Positions 27,388-37,387 of a DNA stretch of 64,000 nucleotides are shown here, piece by piece; the first letter of the stretch is position 1; each line of letters begins with the position of its first letter. This DNA comes from Desulfobacterales bacterium (GTDB lineage: Bacteria > Desulfobacterota > Desulfobacteria > Desulfobacterales > UBA5852), in NCBI GenBank assembly GCA_963674755.2, contig CAXXVS010000003.1, forward strand, positions 544,001 to 608,000. Reading direction: 5' to 3'. The notes below the pieces were generated by a model. It was not told the DNA's origin. It worked only from the letters and a program-made list of their open reading frames with translations, and made no database searches. The position numbers and the translations under genes are program-made.

Positions 27388-27526
27388 CGTGTCCTTTTCA
27401 GAAATGGTCTTTGTATCCTGATCGGCGTTCTCCGCGGGTTTTCGGCTGCGGCGGACCTGCGGATGCCTCTCCGTAATTGGGTGGCCTTGATCAGAATCAA
27501 AAATCCTCATTTCTGAAAAGGACACG
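27388..27526. mobile_element. 139-bp MITE-like element with 19-bp perfect terminal inverted repeats
   Basis: CGTGTCCTTTTCAGAAATG ... CATTTCTGAAAAGGACACG. Confidence 0.75.
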
Positions 27527-27609
27527 CGCGCGCCCGCTTGATTTAGGGAGGAGCACGCCTTCTGCGGAGGTACGTAAAGGTGGCCTTTTAACGTAATTGT
27601 TGCCGGGGA

Positions 27610-28185
27610 TCAAGATCGAAGCTTGTGCAGCAGCCAGGCCATGTTGCGGCCCAGGGTCTCCATGGTCTGGAGGCCTTCGCTGTCCGCTGCGGCATCGCCC
27701 CGGTCCAGGCCGAAACCGATGTTCCAATAGCTTGCCCCCGGCACGATCATCTGGCCGATGAGGAAGAAGTGGTTCATGCTGTCGAAAGCGTGGATGGCGC
27801 CCGCCCGGCGCACGGCCACCACGGCGGCGCCGACCTTGCGACGGAACATGTCGCCGTTGGCCTTGGCGACCATTCCGGCCCGGTCGATGAGCGCTTTCAT
27901 CTCGGTGCTGACGTCGGCGAAGTAGGTCGGAGAACCCAACAGGATGCCATCGGCAGTCTCCATACGGGCAATGCATTCATTCAGAAAATCCGTGTCCACG
28001 CTGCAGCGGCGATTTTTTTCGCGATGGCATTTCATGCAAGCGATGCAGCCCTGGATGGACTTGCCGGCCAGGTCGATGGTGGAGGTTTGAATGCCTTCCT
28101 GATCGAGAACGTCGGTTACGGTTTTGAGGAGGAGGGCTGTATTGCCCTTGCGGCGGGCGCTGCCGTTAAAGGCGACAACATTCAT
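27610..28185 (-). CDS. Iron-sulfur flavoprotein / flavodoxin-family protein
   Basis: GSAR..GNT, CIACMKC.....C, GSPTYF, KALIDR. Confidence 0.9.
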   Translation of the reverse strand: MNVVAFNGSARRKGNTALLLKTVTDVLDQEGIQTSTIDLAGKSIQGCIACMKCHREKNRRCSVDTDFLNECIARMETADGILLGSPTYFADVSTEMKALIDRAGMVAKANGDMFRRKVGAAVVAVRRAGAIHAFDSMNHFFLIGQMIVPGASYWNIGFGLDRGDAAADSEGLQTMETLGRNMAWLLHKLRS

Positions 28186-28197
28186 TTTGAGATCCTT

Positions 28198-28713
28198 TCA
28201 GGGTTGCGGGGGTTCGATCAGCTTGAGCAGATCGCCTTCGGAGGTAAAGTTCAGCCGGTTCAGGCCCGGGAGGGCGCCCGCCAGGAACACGCGTCCCGCC
28301 AGGCGGTAGGTCAATTCAAAGTCTTCCGGCGAACGATGGCTGCCGGCCATCAGGCGCACCATCAGAAGGATGAAGTCGCTGGCCGAGGCGTAGATCGTCA
28401 CCGGGTAGACCAGGGTTCCCAGGGCGGGGAGCTCGGCCGCCTGGTTGGAGACCCCCGAAGCGATGGTGCTGTCGTTGATCTCCAGCCGGCAGTCGATCCC
28501 CTTGAGATCGAGGGAGACATCGTTGGGATTGATCAGGCGCAATTCGAGCTGAAAAGCGGTTTCCATATCACTGGACGGCTGCTGGGTCATGCTGATCATG
28601 CTGATCCGGGGCGGCTCCAGCGAGGGGTTCAGGCTGGCGCAGCCCCCCATCAGCAAAAGACTCAGAACGACCGACAAGGCCATGGCGCCGGTCAGCGACC
28701 TCACACTATGCAT
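28198..28713 (-). CDS. LEA type 2 / WHy-domain lipoprotein
   Basis: Lipobox LLMGGC; L.NPN motif. Confidence 0.8.
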   Translation of the reverse strand: MHSVRSLTGAMALSVVLSLLLMGGCASLNPSLEPPRISMISMTQQPSSDMETAFQLELRLINPNDVSLDLKGIDCRLEINDSTIASGVSNQAAELPALGTLVYPVTIYASASDFILLMVRLMAGSHRSPEDFELTYRLAGRVFLAGALPGLNRLNFTSEGDLLKLIEPPQP

Positions 28714-28732
28714 GATGCCATCCTCCCCGTGC

Positions 28733-30751
28733 CTATTGCTGGTTCAAGAGACCCTTCAGCACGCCTTTGGCGGTATCTTCAAGGGGTTTCAGGTCTTTAT
28801 TCTTCTCAAAGACCTTGTCCAACTCCCCGGAGTCGATGAGCTGTTTCTGGATTTGCTCTTTGGCGATGGCCTTCAGATCCGGTGCAAACGTCGGGTTCTG
28901 AAAGCTCCCGCTGATCAGAACAGGGACCTTGATCGCCTTGAGGTCCTCGCTGCTGCGCTGCCCCTTGAGTGTGGCGACATATTCGGGTTCGACCCGAAAA
29001 TCCATCTTTTCGGTCACCAGGTTGGCCTGCCCCTGGGCCTTGACGCCGATCACGGGCGACTTCAGTTCGGTGGCTTCGGTTACAAAGGTGCCGTTGCGCA
29101 GGGTAAAGGGGACATTGAATTCGCTGAACTCGGTTTGGGAGCCGTCGGAGGCGGCTGTTCCACCCTCGCCGAAGGCTGCCTGGACATTGCGCACCATGGC
29201 CCCCAGGTCGATGCCCTTGATGGCGCCATCGCTGAAGTTCAGCTGGCCGCCGCCGTTCAGGGTCTGCTTGATGCGATCCGCGTTGTCACCCTGGAACTGC
29301 AAGCTGACCTGGGAGTTAAGGAGGCCTTCGAGGATATCCTTCTGGGCCACGTCCTTGATCAGAGGGCCGGCGGTGACTTTCTGAAGACTGAGTTTCAGAT
29401 CGGTACGGGGTTGGCTCTGGCTGACATCCATGGTGCCGGTGATATTGGCGGTCCCGCCATACAGGTCGCACGCCAGGGGCTCGATCTGAAAGCGGCCGTT
29501 CCGGGCTGCGATCTGAAAGCGTACGTTTTGCATATGCGCTTTGGCCGCCGTGAGCTTGCCCACCGCCAGGCGGCCATCCAGGATCAGCCGCCGCAGGGGG
29601 GCATAGTCCGTACGCTTGGCTTTCCCGGCGGGTTGGCTGCTCTCGGTTGCCGATTTTTCGCCGGGGGCGGTCTTCGTCTTGGCCGGCAGGTAGCGGTCGA
29701 GATCCAGGGCGTCCATCTTGACGTCAAAGGAGAGGTCGGGCCGCTGGAAATCCTTGGCGGCCAGGGTGAAATCGGTTTGCGTATCGTCCAGCACCAGAAC
29801 GCCGTTTTGCAGACTGACCTGGGTGGCGCTGCCCTTGACGTTGGCTTTAAGGGACACTTTGTTGAGAACAGCGGGGTCGCTGGTCTGCACCGGGAGGGGC
29901 TGTCCGAGACGCTCAAGGAGCTTGCGCGGCGAAAAGGCCGCCACTTCCAGGGCCATGTCAACGGAAGGCTTGCCGGTCAGATCCCGGGCCGTCCCCTTCA
30001 GGTTGGCGTTGATTTCGTCCAGGGCGGAAATCTGCATGTCAAACGCCAGGGGTTGGCTGCCCGGCGGGTTGCCCAGGGGACCGGCCGTGCCTTCGATTTT
30101 CAACGGCTGATTGTTGATGCGGGTGGAAAAGGTCAGCTTGACGGGGCCGTCCAGGGATACATTGGACAGGGCCAGGTTGATCTCCGATACCGTTTCGGTT
30201 TTGCCGGAGGCATGGTCGATATAGGTCAACGTGCCGTTTTGCACGGCGATCTCTTCGGCCGTCAGGGACTGCAGGGCGAACCCCGGGGAGGCGTCGCCGG
30301 TCTTGTTCTTGGTATCCGACGCCGGCGTGGGCGCCGATGGGGTGGCGGCAGCGGATTTGAAGTTCCAGTTGGTGCGGCCATCCTTGTCCTTGACGAGGAC
30401 GATTTGGGGATCCTGCAGAACGATCCGTTTGATTTCCACCTTGCGGGAGAGGAGCGGCAGCAATTTGACCCGGGCTTCGAAATCCCCGACTTTGAGCAGG
30501 TCGGTCTCCTTGAACCCCTGGGGATTGCCGAGTTCCAAATCGCTTAGCGACAGGCCGACCCACGGGAAAACCGACAGCCCGATATCGCCCCCGATCTTGA
30601 AGCTGCGACCGGTGGCCTCTTGAACCTTGGCCTCGATTTGGGGCTTGTAGCTGTTGACGTTCACCAGCAGAGGAATCAGGACGACAGCGGCGACCAGCAG
30701 GATCACCAGGGTACCGCCGCCGATCAACAACCATTTGACAATACGATTCAT
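28733..30751 (-). CDS. AsmA-family protein
   Basis: N-terminal TM then N.YK..I...V...TGR...I.G.I.LS.FP; LDLDRYLP; LYGG; GIDL. Confidence 0.9.
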   Translation of the reverse strand: MNRIVKWLLIGGGTLVILLVAAVVLIPLLVNVNSYKPQIEAKVQEATGRSFKIGGDIGLSVFPWVGLSLSDLELGNPQGFKETDLLKVGDFEARVKLLPLLSRKVEIKRIVLQDPQIVLVKDKDGRTNWNFKSAAATPSAPTPASDTKNKTGDASPGFALQSLTAEEIAVQNGTLTYIDHASGKTETVSEINLALSNVSLDGPVKLTFSTRINNQPLKIEGTAGPLGNPPGSQPLAFDMQISALDEINANLKGTARDLTGKPSVDMALEVAAFSPRKLLERLGQPLPVQTSDPAVLNKVSLKANVKGSATQVSLQNGVLVLDDTQTDFTLAAKDFQRPDLSFDVKMDALDLDRYLPAKTKTAPGEKSATESSQPAGKAKRTDYAPLRRLILDGRLAVGKLTAAKAHMQNVRFQIAARNGRFQIEPLACDLYGGTANITGTMDVSQSQPRTDLKLSLQKVTAGPLIKDVAQKDILEGLLNSQVSLQFQGDNADRIKQTLNGGGQLNFSDGAIKGIDLGAMVRNVQAAFGEGGTAASDGSQTEFSEFNVPFTLRNGTFVTEATELKSPVIGVKAQGQANLVTEKMDFRVEPEYVATLKGQRSSEDLKAIKVPVLISGSFQNPTFAPDLKAIAKEQIQKQLIDSGELDKVFEKNKDLKPLEDTAKGVLKGLLNQQ

Positions 30752-31048
30752 GGTCGGCTCCTTTCAGCCGTAGGATGGGCAGGGGCCCTCATGCCCCGCG
30801 TCATTTTGTGACATAATCAAAATGGGTGGTTTGTCGGCCGGATTTCAAGACGGGTGAAGGTTCGGAACCGACAACCGTTCAGTTGCATAGGAGACACTGT
30901 CGCGCAAAGAACGCTTGGTTTGCATGAATGGCGGTTAGAGGCGCGTTGTCGTTTCCGTTCCATGGGCTCATGGTACCTGTTCCGGCGGGTGACACGGACG
31001 CCCGCTCAAAGGCGCGCAACATGCATCAGGCAGACACGTCATCGCGTC

Positions 31049-31190
31049 GTGTCCATCCAGAAATGGCATCTTTCGGCCTTTGGCGGCGTTCTCGCCTGTT
31101 TTCAATCCTTGAAATAGTGAACTATTCCTCCGGTTTAAACCACGCGCGGGTTTTGCCAGAAACCAAAATCGACCATTTATGAGCGGACTC
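31049..31190. mobile_element. ~142-bp MITE-like element, same family as 27388-27526, imperfect TIRs
   Basis: GTGTCCATCCAGAAATGG ... CCATTTATGAGCGGACTC; shared internal GGCGTTCTC. Confidence 0.65.
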
Positions 31191-31261
31191 TAAATAGGGA
31201 AAACTAGGGATAGGTCATGGCAGTGTCAAGATGGTGTGCGGCCTGTCTTGGGCGTCGGTGG

Positions 31262-31771
31262 TCAGGCATAGTGGCCCAGGATCATCTCCCGGGCCCGGGC
31301 CCATTCGCTTTCCGTATTGAACATGTAGCGGGCGAACCCGATGGCTTCCGCCTTCTTGACGATGGCGATCAGTCCGCCGACCTCGATCACCCGGTCGAAG
31401 CGCTCCCATGGAATAGTTTTCCGGTCAGTTCCCCGTTTCAGGTGGATGCCGTCCTTTTTAAGAAGGCCGTTGCGCTGAATGCAGGCTTGCTCGTAGAGTT
31501 TCTGCTGCGATCGGCGGGCCGCGGAATTCATCAGGTGATACCCGACGGCCATGAACGTCCCCAGGAAGGCCAGCAGAAGAAAGGCCGGGACCATGGCGAC
31601 GCGCATTTGTGAGAGTGCCAGGGCCACCGCGCCCAGTATGGCCGCTGTCACGAGCACGGCGGGCGGCACCCGGCGGGGCTTGACGACCCGCTGTACCTTG
31701 AGGCTGTCCTCGAAAGTGAGGTAGCCTTTGAATCGGATTGCCTGTTCCGTCATGTTGCCGTCTTTTTTCAT
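31262..31771 (-). CDS. YcxB-like membrane protein
   Basis: Two TM helices then W..F..V.E small beta domain. Confidence 0.65.
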   Translation of the reverse strand: MKKDGNMTEQAIRFKGYLTFEDSLKVQRVVKPRRVPPAVLVTAAILGAVALALSQMRVAMVPAFLLLAFLGTFMAVGYHLMNSAARRSQQKLYEQACIQRNGLLKKDGIHLKRGTDRKTIPWERFDRVIEVGGLIAIVKKAEAIGFARYMFNTESEWARAREMILGHYA

Positions 31772-31789
31772 GAAGCCCCGTCCCGTTGC

Positions 31790-32524
31790 TTAGGATGTTG
31801 CGGATGGATCGACAGGCCGGAAGCGCCCTCCGGCCCGGCTTCTGGCCGCCTCCCATTTGATTTTCAGGAAGATATACAACAGCAGGAGGTTTTCGAAGCG
31901 CTGGATCTTGATCTTCCGGCCGTCGGTCGTCTGGATCTTGATGCACAAATAGGCCGTGTGCTGGTCGCCGTGGAGATCGAAAACCAGCTTGTGAATACGG
32001 GCATAGTCGATGATCCGGGTGCGGATGAAATCCTTCACCTCCAGATCGTCATCCTCCGGCGTCACCGTATGGGGCTGGCGGAGCAGATAGACCGTCATGG
32101 GGACCGCCGTGGCGAGAATGAACAGCCAGGCGACCGTGAAATCGCGCAGATTCACTGTGCTGAACACGATCAGGAGGGCGAAAACACTTATAACGATACC
32201 GATGTGCAGGAGGTAGGACCTCTGCCCGCTGAACGTCCGCACCCCGATTTGCTCCCGGTGCAGGTCGGCCAGGCGGGTGCATACGCTGTCCAGCAGTTCC
32301 GCAAAATGACGGGTGGCGTAGAACAGGGGAATCACGGCGGTAGAATCCTTGATCACGATATCGACCTTTTGGCCGGGGACATCCTTCAGATAGCTGATCG
32401 CGTCCCAGCGCACCGCGGCGGATTCCCGCCCCGGCGGGCGATAGATCAAACCGGTGGCATCCAGCTCATAGGTGTGGACCGGGTGCTGTTCCGGCTGAAA
32501 AAAGTAGATCTCCAATTCGGGCAT
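31790..32524 (-). CDS. Hypothetical membrane protein (two central TMs, PH-like flanking domains)
   Basis: 244-aa ORF co-oriented with neighbours, host-like composition. Confidence 0.65.
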   Translation of the reverse strand: MPELEIYFFQPEQHPVHTYELDATGLIYRPPGRESAAVRWDAISYLKDVPGQKVDIVIKDSTAVIPLFYATRHFAELLDSVCTRLADLHREQIGVRTFSGQRSYLLHIGIVISVFALLIVFSTVNLRDFTVAWLFILATAVPMTVYLLRQPHTVTPEDDDLEVKDFIRTRIIDYARIHKLVFDLHGDQHTAYLCIKIQTTDGRKIKIQRFENLLLLYIFLKIKWEAARSRAGGRFRPVDPSATS

Positions 32525-32676
32525 GGTGTGCGGTGGCTTGTCGTTTGCGTGCCGATGGGGTCATACCGGTTTCAGATAAGGCCGGCTTCCGTCCAATACC
32601 TCATCCGGGATTGGGCATAGCGGTTGAAGCGATGTTCGTCAACCGGCATTCGCTCCAGCGTGAACGCCACGCATTG

Positions 32677-33234
32677 CTATTCCAGATAGGCGGCGTTGTC
32701 CGCCAGGTTGTTGGGCAGGCCCAGGGCATCTAAAATTTGGCTGACTTGACCCCGGTGGTGGGTCTGGTGCAGAAACAAGAATTCGAAGGCCCGGCCGGCC
32801 CGGGCGGACCGCGGCGTGCCCACCGAATCAAGGTATTGAAACGATTCGTTGTAGCGGGCCGGGGGAAACGCATCGAACCAAGACCGGATTAGGGCGTCCA
32901 CCTGGCAGCGATGTTCCCGCAAGCCCCGGAAATCATCGTGGAGGTCCCGGTCCCACGACAGATTGGGCGGATCCAGGGCGGGGTCGTTCAGCACAGGGGC
33001 GTCGGGTTCGAGGGTGCGGTAGCGCCGGAGCCAGTTGATGTCGCAGATGATGATGTGGTTCAGGATGCCGTGCAGAGACCCGAACCACGACCCCATGTCG
33101 CGCCGGCGGGCGCGACCGGTCAAATGTGACAGGCTTTCAAACAGCTCCTGATTGGCCCGTTCGTTGTAGCAGGCCAGATTTTGAAAGGTGTTTTGAGCCG
33201 TGTATAACGTTTCGGACCTGGGCTCACCATGCAT
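32677..33234 (-). CDS. DinB-family protein
   Basis: YN..AN, FGSLHG.LNH, H.THHRGQ. Confidence 0.88.
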   Translation of the reverse strand: MHGEPRSETLYTAQNTFQNLACYNERANQELFESLSHLTGRARRRDMGSWFGSLHGILNHIIICDINWLRRYRTLEPDAPVLNDPALDPPNLSWDRDLHDDFRGLREHRCQVDALIRSWFDAFPPARYNESFQYLDSVGTPRSARAGRAFEFLFLHQTHHRGQVSQILDALGLPNNLADNAAYLE

Positions 33235-33251
33235 TGCTTTGGCCTCCTTGC

Positions 33252-33593
33252 TCAGTCTTCGGCTTCCACGATCGGGGCGTCGACGGTATCATAGATCGCC
33301 GTGTGGCAGTCGACTTCAAACCATTCGTGAAACATTTTCTTGGTGCGCTTTTTCGGCCAGAGGGTTTCATCCGAATACCAGTCTTCCATTTCGTTGACTA
33401 AAAGGGTTTGGTAGTTCAGCGCAATCCATTCATCCAGGTTTTCGCCATCCTCTTCGCTGATGAGGTAAACGGTGCAGTCGTCATTGGCTTCCGCTAGCGT
33501 AAGGCCGGGATCTTCTTTATGGGGATCGGCTTTATTGAGCCATTCGACGAAGGGTTCTTTGTATTTCAGTATTACAGCAGCCCGATTGATCAT
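33252..33593 (-). CDS. Acidic hypothetical protein
   Basis: INR.A..K.K.PF.EW ... W..D..LWP..R...F.EWF; GGAG upstream. Confidence 0.75.
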   Translation of the reverse strand: MINRAAVILKYKEPFVEWLNKADPHKEDPGLTLAEANDDCTVYLISEEDGENLDEWIALNYQTLLVNEMEDWYSDETLWPKKRTKKMFHEWFEVDCHTAIYDTVDAPIVEAED

Positions 33594-33731
33594 GCCTTTT
33601 TTCCTCTCCTTTTAAAGGATATAGGGTTTTCTACAATAAAAGGCCGTCTCGGCCTGGCTGTCAGGGATGGTATGATCTGGTTCCCAAGCGGACGGCATCG
33701 TGCCCTATACCATAAAAGGGCGGTGTCGTAT

Positions 33732-34760
33732 CTATGAAACCGTCAACACCTTGGCGCCGTGGACTTGGCGGTTGCACAGTTCCATCAGAGCCTGGTTGGC
33801 CTCTTCCAGGGAGAATTCCTGGACCGCGGGCCGGATGCCCATTTCGGCAGCCAGGGAGAGAAATTCCGCGACGTCCTGCCGGCTGATGTTGGCCACGCTT
33901 TTGATTTCCCTTTCCATCCACAGATGCTTGCCATAATCCAGCTTTAGAAGTTCTTCCTTGTCATTGTCCTCCTTGCGGATGGCGTTGATGACCAGCCGGC
34001 CGCCCGGGGCCAGGTGGCCCAGGGCCGCCACCACGGGTTTCCAAGCGGGGGTGGTGTCGATGATGGCATTCAAAGGTTCGGGGGGCTGCTTTTCGGTGCC
34101 GCCGGCCCAGACGGCGCCCAATTCCCTGGCAAAGGCCTGTTGGTTTGCACTGCGGGCGAAGACATAAACGCGGGCCTGGGGGTAGCGGTGCCGTATCATC
34201 TTCAGGACGAGGTGCCCGGAGGCGCCGAAGCCGGTCAGGCCAATGGCTTGGTTGTCCTTTAGATCGGTCAGCCGCAGGGAACGGTAGCCCACCGCACCGG
34301 CGCACAGCAGGGGCGCGGCTTCGGCATCGGTGAAGATGGCCGGGATGGGGTGGGCGAAGCCTTCGGGGACGGTTATGTACTGGGCGTAGCCGCCGTGGGC
34401 ATCCCGGCCCGTTGCCTTGAAACCCGGACAGAGATTCTCGTTGCCCGAGCGGCAGTAGGGGCAGTCGCCGCAGGCCGAGAAGATCCAGGCAATGCCGACC
34501 CGATCGCCGGTTTGGAAACGTTGCGCGCCGGGTCCCTGGCCGATTACCCGCCCCACCACCTGGTGGCCGGGTACGACGGGAAGCCGGGGCGGTGGGGTGC
34601 GACCTTCGATTTCGTCCAATTCGGTGTGGCAGACCCCGCAGACGGCTACCTTGATCAGGATCTCGCCTGCCGCCGGAACCGGTTCGGGCATGTCGGTCAA
34701 TTCCAGAGGCTTCTGGTTTTCGTCAAGACGGCACAGCTGGTTCAAGACCATGGCTTTCAT
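33732..34760 (-). CDS. Zn-dependent alcohol dehydrogenase (AdhP-like)
   Basis: GVCHTE, PGHQ, CGDCPYC......C, APLLCAG, GFGASGH. Confidence 0.9.
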   Translation of the reverse strand: MKAMVLNQLCRLDENQKPLELTDMPEPVPAAGEILIKVAVCGVCHTELDEIEGRTPPPRLPVVPGHQVVGRVIGQGPGAQRFQTGDRVGIAWIFSACGDCPYCRSGNENLCPGFKATGRDAHGGYAQYITVPEGFAHPIPAIFTDAEAAPLLCAGAVGYRSLRLTDLKDNQAIGLTGFGASGHLVLKMIRHRYPQARVYVFARSANQQAFARELGAVWAGGTEKQPPEPLNAIIDTTPAWKPVVAALGHLAPGGRLVINAIRKEDNDKEELLKLDYGKHLWMEREIKSVANISRQDVAEFLSLAAEMGIRPAVQEFSLEEANQALMELCNRQVHGAKVLTVS

Positions 34761-34831
34761 CTTCCAAGACCTTTCGTTGTGGGCCGTTGGCGGCAACCCG
34801 GGCCGGGTGCCGTCGCTTCAAGGTGCGGGCG

Positions 34832-36181
34832 TTAGCTTTCCGACAGCGCCTGGAGCTTGCGGTAGAGCGTTTTGCGTCCGATGCCCAGAATTTCCGCCGC
34901 ACGGGTCCGGCTGCCCCCGACGTATTGCAGTACCGCCAGGATGTGCTGGCGTTCCATTTCCTTAAGGGGCAGAAAGGGTTGGTCAATGTCAACCGATATT
35001 CCCCCGCCGGTCAATTCCAATGGCAGGGCGCGTTCCGTGATCAGGTCGCCCTCGGAGAGGATGAGGCCCCGTTCGAGAACGTTCTGCAATTCCCGCACGT
35101 TGCCGGGCCAGTCATAGGCCATGAGGCACTGCATGGCCCGGTCCGAGATGCGCACTTTGCGTTCGCCGGGTGCGAGGCGCCCGGTAAAGGACTCGATCAG
35201 GGCCGGGATGTCCTCCCTGCGGTTGCGCAGGGGGGGCAGGGCGATATTGAACACGTTGAGCCGGTGATACATGGCTTCGCTGAACCGTCCCGCCTCCACT
35301 TCCTGGTGAAGATCACGGTTGGTGGCGAAGATAAACCGCACATCCACCTTCTGTTCGTTTTTCTCTCCCACCCGGCGAAAGGTCTGGTTCTCGATCACCC
35401 GCAGCAGCGCGCTTTGGACCTCGACGGGCAGCTCCCCGATCTCGTCCAGGAACAGGGTTCCCTTGTGGGCGAAGGAAAGGAGCCCTTCGTAGGACTCGCT
35501 GGCCCCGGTGAAAGCCCCCTTGCGGTATCCGAATAGCTCGCTGCGCAGGAGGTCTTTCTGGAAGGTCCCGCAGTTTTTGACCATCAGGGGCCGTGCGCTG
35601 CGGTCGCTCAATTCATGGATAAGCTGGGCCACCACGTTCTTGCCGGTGCCGCTTTCCCCCGTCAGGAGAACCGGGACACGGGCGGGCGCTACCTTGCGGA
35701 TCAGGAAGCGTACGTTCTCCAAGGCTTCCGACTGCCCCACCAGCTTCGGGTAGCCCTGCGCCGCTTGGGAATGGCGCAGCAGGCGATTTTCCCGCTGCAG
35801 GCAGGTCCGCTGAAAGGCTTTTTCCATGACCAGGGCCAGCCGGTCCAGGTCAAACGGTTTGGTGATGTAATCGTAGGCCCCCATCTTCATAGCCCGCACG
35901 GCGTTGTCCACGTCGCCGAAACCGGTGATGATGATAACCTGCACTTCGGGGGCCAGCTCCTGGAAATCGGTGAGCAGATCCAGCCCGCTGCCGTCGGGCA
36001 GCCGCATATCGAGAAGGGCCAGATCGAAGGTCTCCTGCTTGAACAGCGTCCGGGCGTCACGGACAGTGCCGGCGGTGGTGATGCGTCGCCGTTCATTGCC
36101 GAACTCCTTTTCCACGAGACGGCGGATATTGGGTTCGTCATCCACTACGAGGACCTGCATTTTTTCCAGAGCAGGGGTCAT
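34832..36181 (-). CDS. sigma54-dependent response regulator (NtrC family)
   Basis: REC domain, GESGTGK, GAFTGA, FLDEIGE, WPGNVREL, Fis HTH. Confidence 0.95.
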   Translation of the reverse strand: MTPALEKMQVLVVDDEPNIRRLVEKEFGNERRRITTAGTVRDARTLFKQETFDLALLDMRLPDGSGLDLLTDFQELAPEVQVIIITGFGDVDNAVRAMKMGAYDYITKPFDLDRLALVMEKAFQRTCLQRENRLLRHSQAAQGYPKLVGQSEALENVRFLIRKVAPARVPVLLTGESGTGKNVVAQLIHELSDRSARPLMVKNCGTFQKDLLRSELFGYRKGAFTGASESYEGLLSFAHKGTLFLDEIGELPVEVQSALLRVIENQTFRRVGEKNEQKVDVRFIFATNRDLHQEVEAGRFSEAMYHRLNVFNIALPPLRNRREDIPALIESFTGRLAPGERKVRISDRAMQCLMAYDWPGNVRELQNVLERGLILSEGDLITERALPLELTGGGISVDIDQPFLPLKEMERQHILAVLQYVGGSRTRAAEILGIGRKTLYRKLQALSES

Positions 36182-37386
36182 GACGACGTCGCCTCCTCGG
36201 CCGCCGGTAGGCGCACCGTGAACCGGGAGCCTTTCCCGGGGGCGCTGTCCACATGGATCTCACCCCTATGGGCTTGGATGATGTGGTAGCAGGTGGAAAG
36301 CCCGATGCCGATGCCCTGGCCGACCGGTTTGGTCGTAAAGAACGGCTCGAAGAGCTTGGGCAGGTGGTCCAGCGGAATGCCGCAGCCGTCGTCCGCCACT
36401 TCCACCACGACGCCCCCTTTGCGACGCCCGCGGGTACGGATCGTGATGCGACCATCCGGTGCAACGGCATCGAGGGCGTTTAGCACCAGATTGAGTATCA
36501 CCTGCTCGAGCTCGGCGGCGTTGCCTTTGATCGTCGGCAGATCAGGGGTCAGATGCAAGTCGACGAGCTCATCCGGGTATGGTTTGAGTTTGTGATGGAG
36601 GAGGCGCAGAACGTTGCGGATCAGGGGATTCAGGCGTATCGGGCTCAGCTCGCTGTCCTTGCGGGGACTAAAGGTCAGGAGGCTTTGAACAATGCCGCTG
36701 CAGCGTTGGCATTCCTTGCGAATGATGTCGAGGTATTCCTCGAAGTCGTCGCGCAAAGGGTCGTCGTTCAATCTTTCGGCCAACTTCGCCATGCGGCGCT
36801 GAAGTCCTTCGGCGAAACCCTGGATGGATGTGAGGGGATTGTTGATCTCGTGAGCCACGCCGGCGGCCAGCAGGCCGATGGTGGCCATCTTTTCGGCGTG
36901 ATAGTATTTGGCCTGGAATTCTTTTTCCAGGGTGACATCCCGTTTGACAACCAGGATGTCGGTGGGCTGTCCTGCAGCGTTGCGCAGCGGCGAAGCCGTG
37001 AGGGCAAAGTGGCGGTTGCGGCCGTTGACGCTGAAGATGGCGTTCTGCCCGCAGACCTGGTTGGCGGCCAGGGCTTCCGGCAAGGGACACTCCGTGCAGG
37101 GTTCGGAACGGCCGCGGAAGATCGTGTAGCAGTAACCTCCCACCGGCGATCGCTCCTGATAGAGCTCGAAAAAGCTGTGGTTGACCGAGCGGATGCGGTA
37201 GTCGGGGGCGATGACCGCGACGATGTCGGTGATGCCGTCGAGGATCGCCTGGACATGGCGCCGTTCGCGCCGCAGTTCACGGTTGGACTCGCGCAGTTCG
37301 CCCATTTTGACCTGGACTTCCTTGAAAAAGCCCAGCTTGGTGTGGCCCAAACCAATGAGATCTTCGATGCTCGGTTTCGGTTTCAT
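36178..37386 (-). CDS. Cytoplasmic PAS sensor histidine kinase
   Basis: HEINNP H-box; N, G1, F, G2 boxes; no TM. Confidence 0.92.
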   Translation of the reverse strand: MKPKPSIEDLIGLGHTKLGFFKEVQVKMGELRESNRELRRERRHVQAILDGITDIVAVIAPDYRIRSVNHSFFELYQERSPVGGYCYTIFRGRSEPCTECPLPEALAANQVCGQNAIFSVNGRNRHFALTASPLRNAAGQPTDILVVKRDVTLEKEFQAKYYHAEKMATIGLLAAGVAHEINNPLTSIQGFAEGLQRRMAKLAERLNDDPLRDDFEEYLDIIRKECQRCSGIVQSLLTFSPRKDSELSPIRLNPLIRNVLRLLHHKLKPYPDELVDLHLTPDLPTIKGNAAELEQVILNLVLNALDAVAPDGRITIRTRGRRKGGVVVEVADDGCGIPLDHLPKLFEPFFTTKPVGQGIGIGLSTCYHIIQAHRGEIHVDSAPGKGSRFTVRLPAAEEATSS

Positions 37387-37387
37387 A

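Noticed and set aside
28589..30547. 652-aa plus-strand ORF and similar long antisense ORFs (e.g. 25036-26295, 38852-40135, 10763-11995, 27625-28839)
   Set aside because: They lie opposite well-supported genes and show no family motifs; typical shadow ORFs of high-GC codon usage
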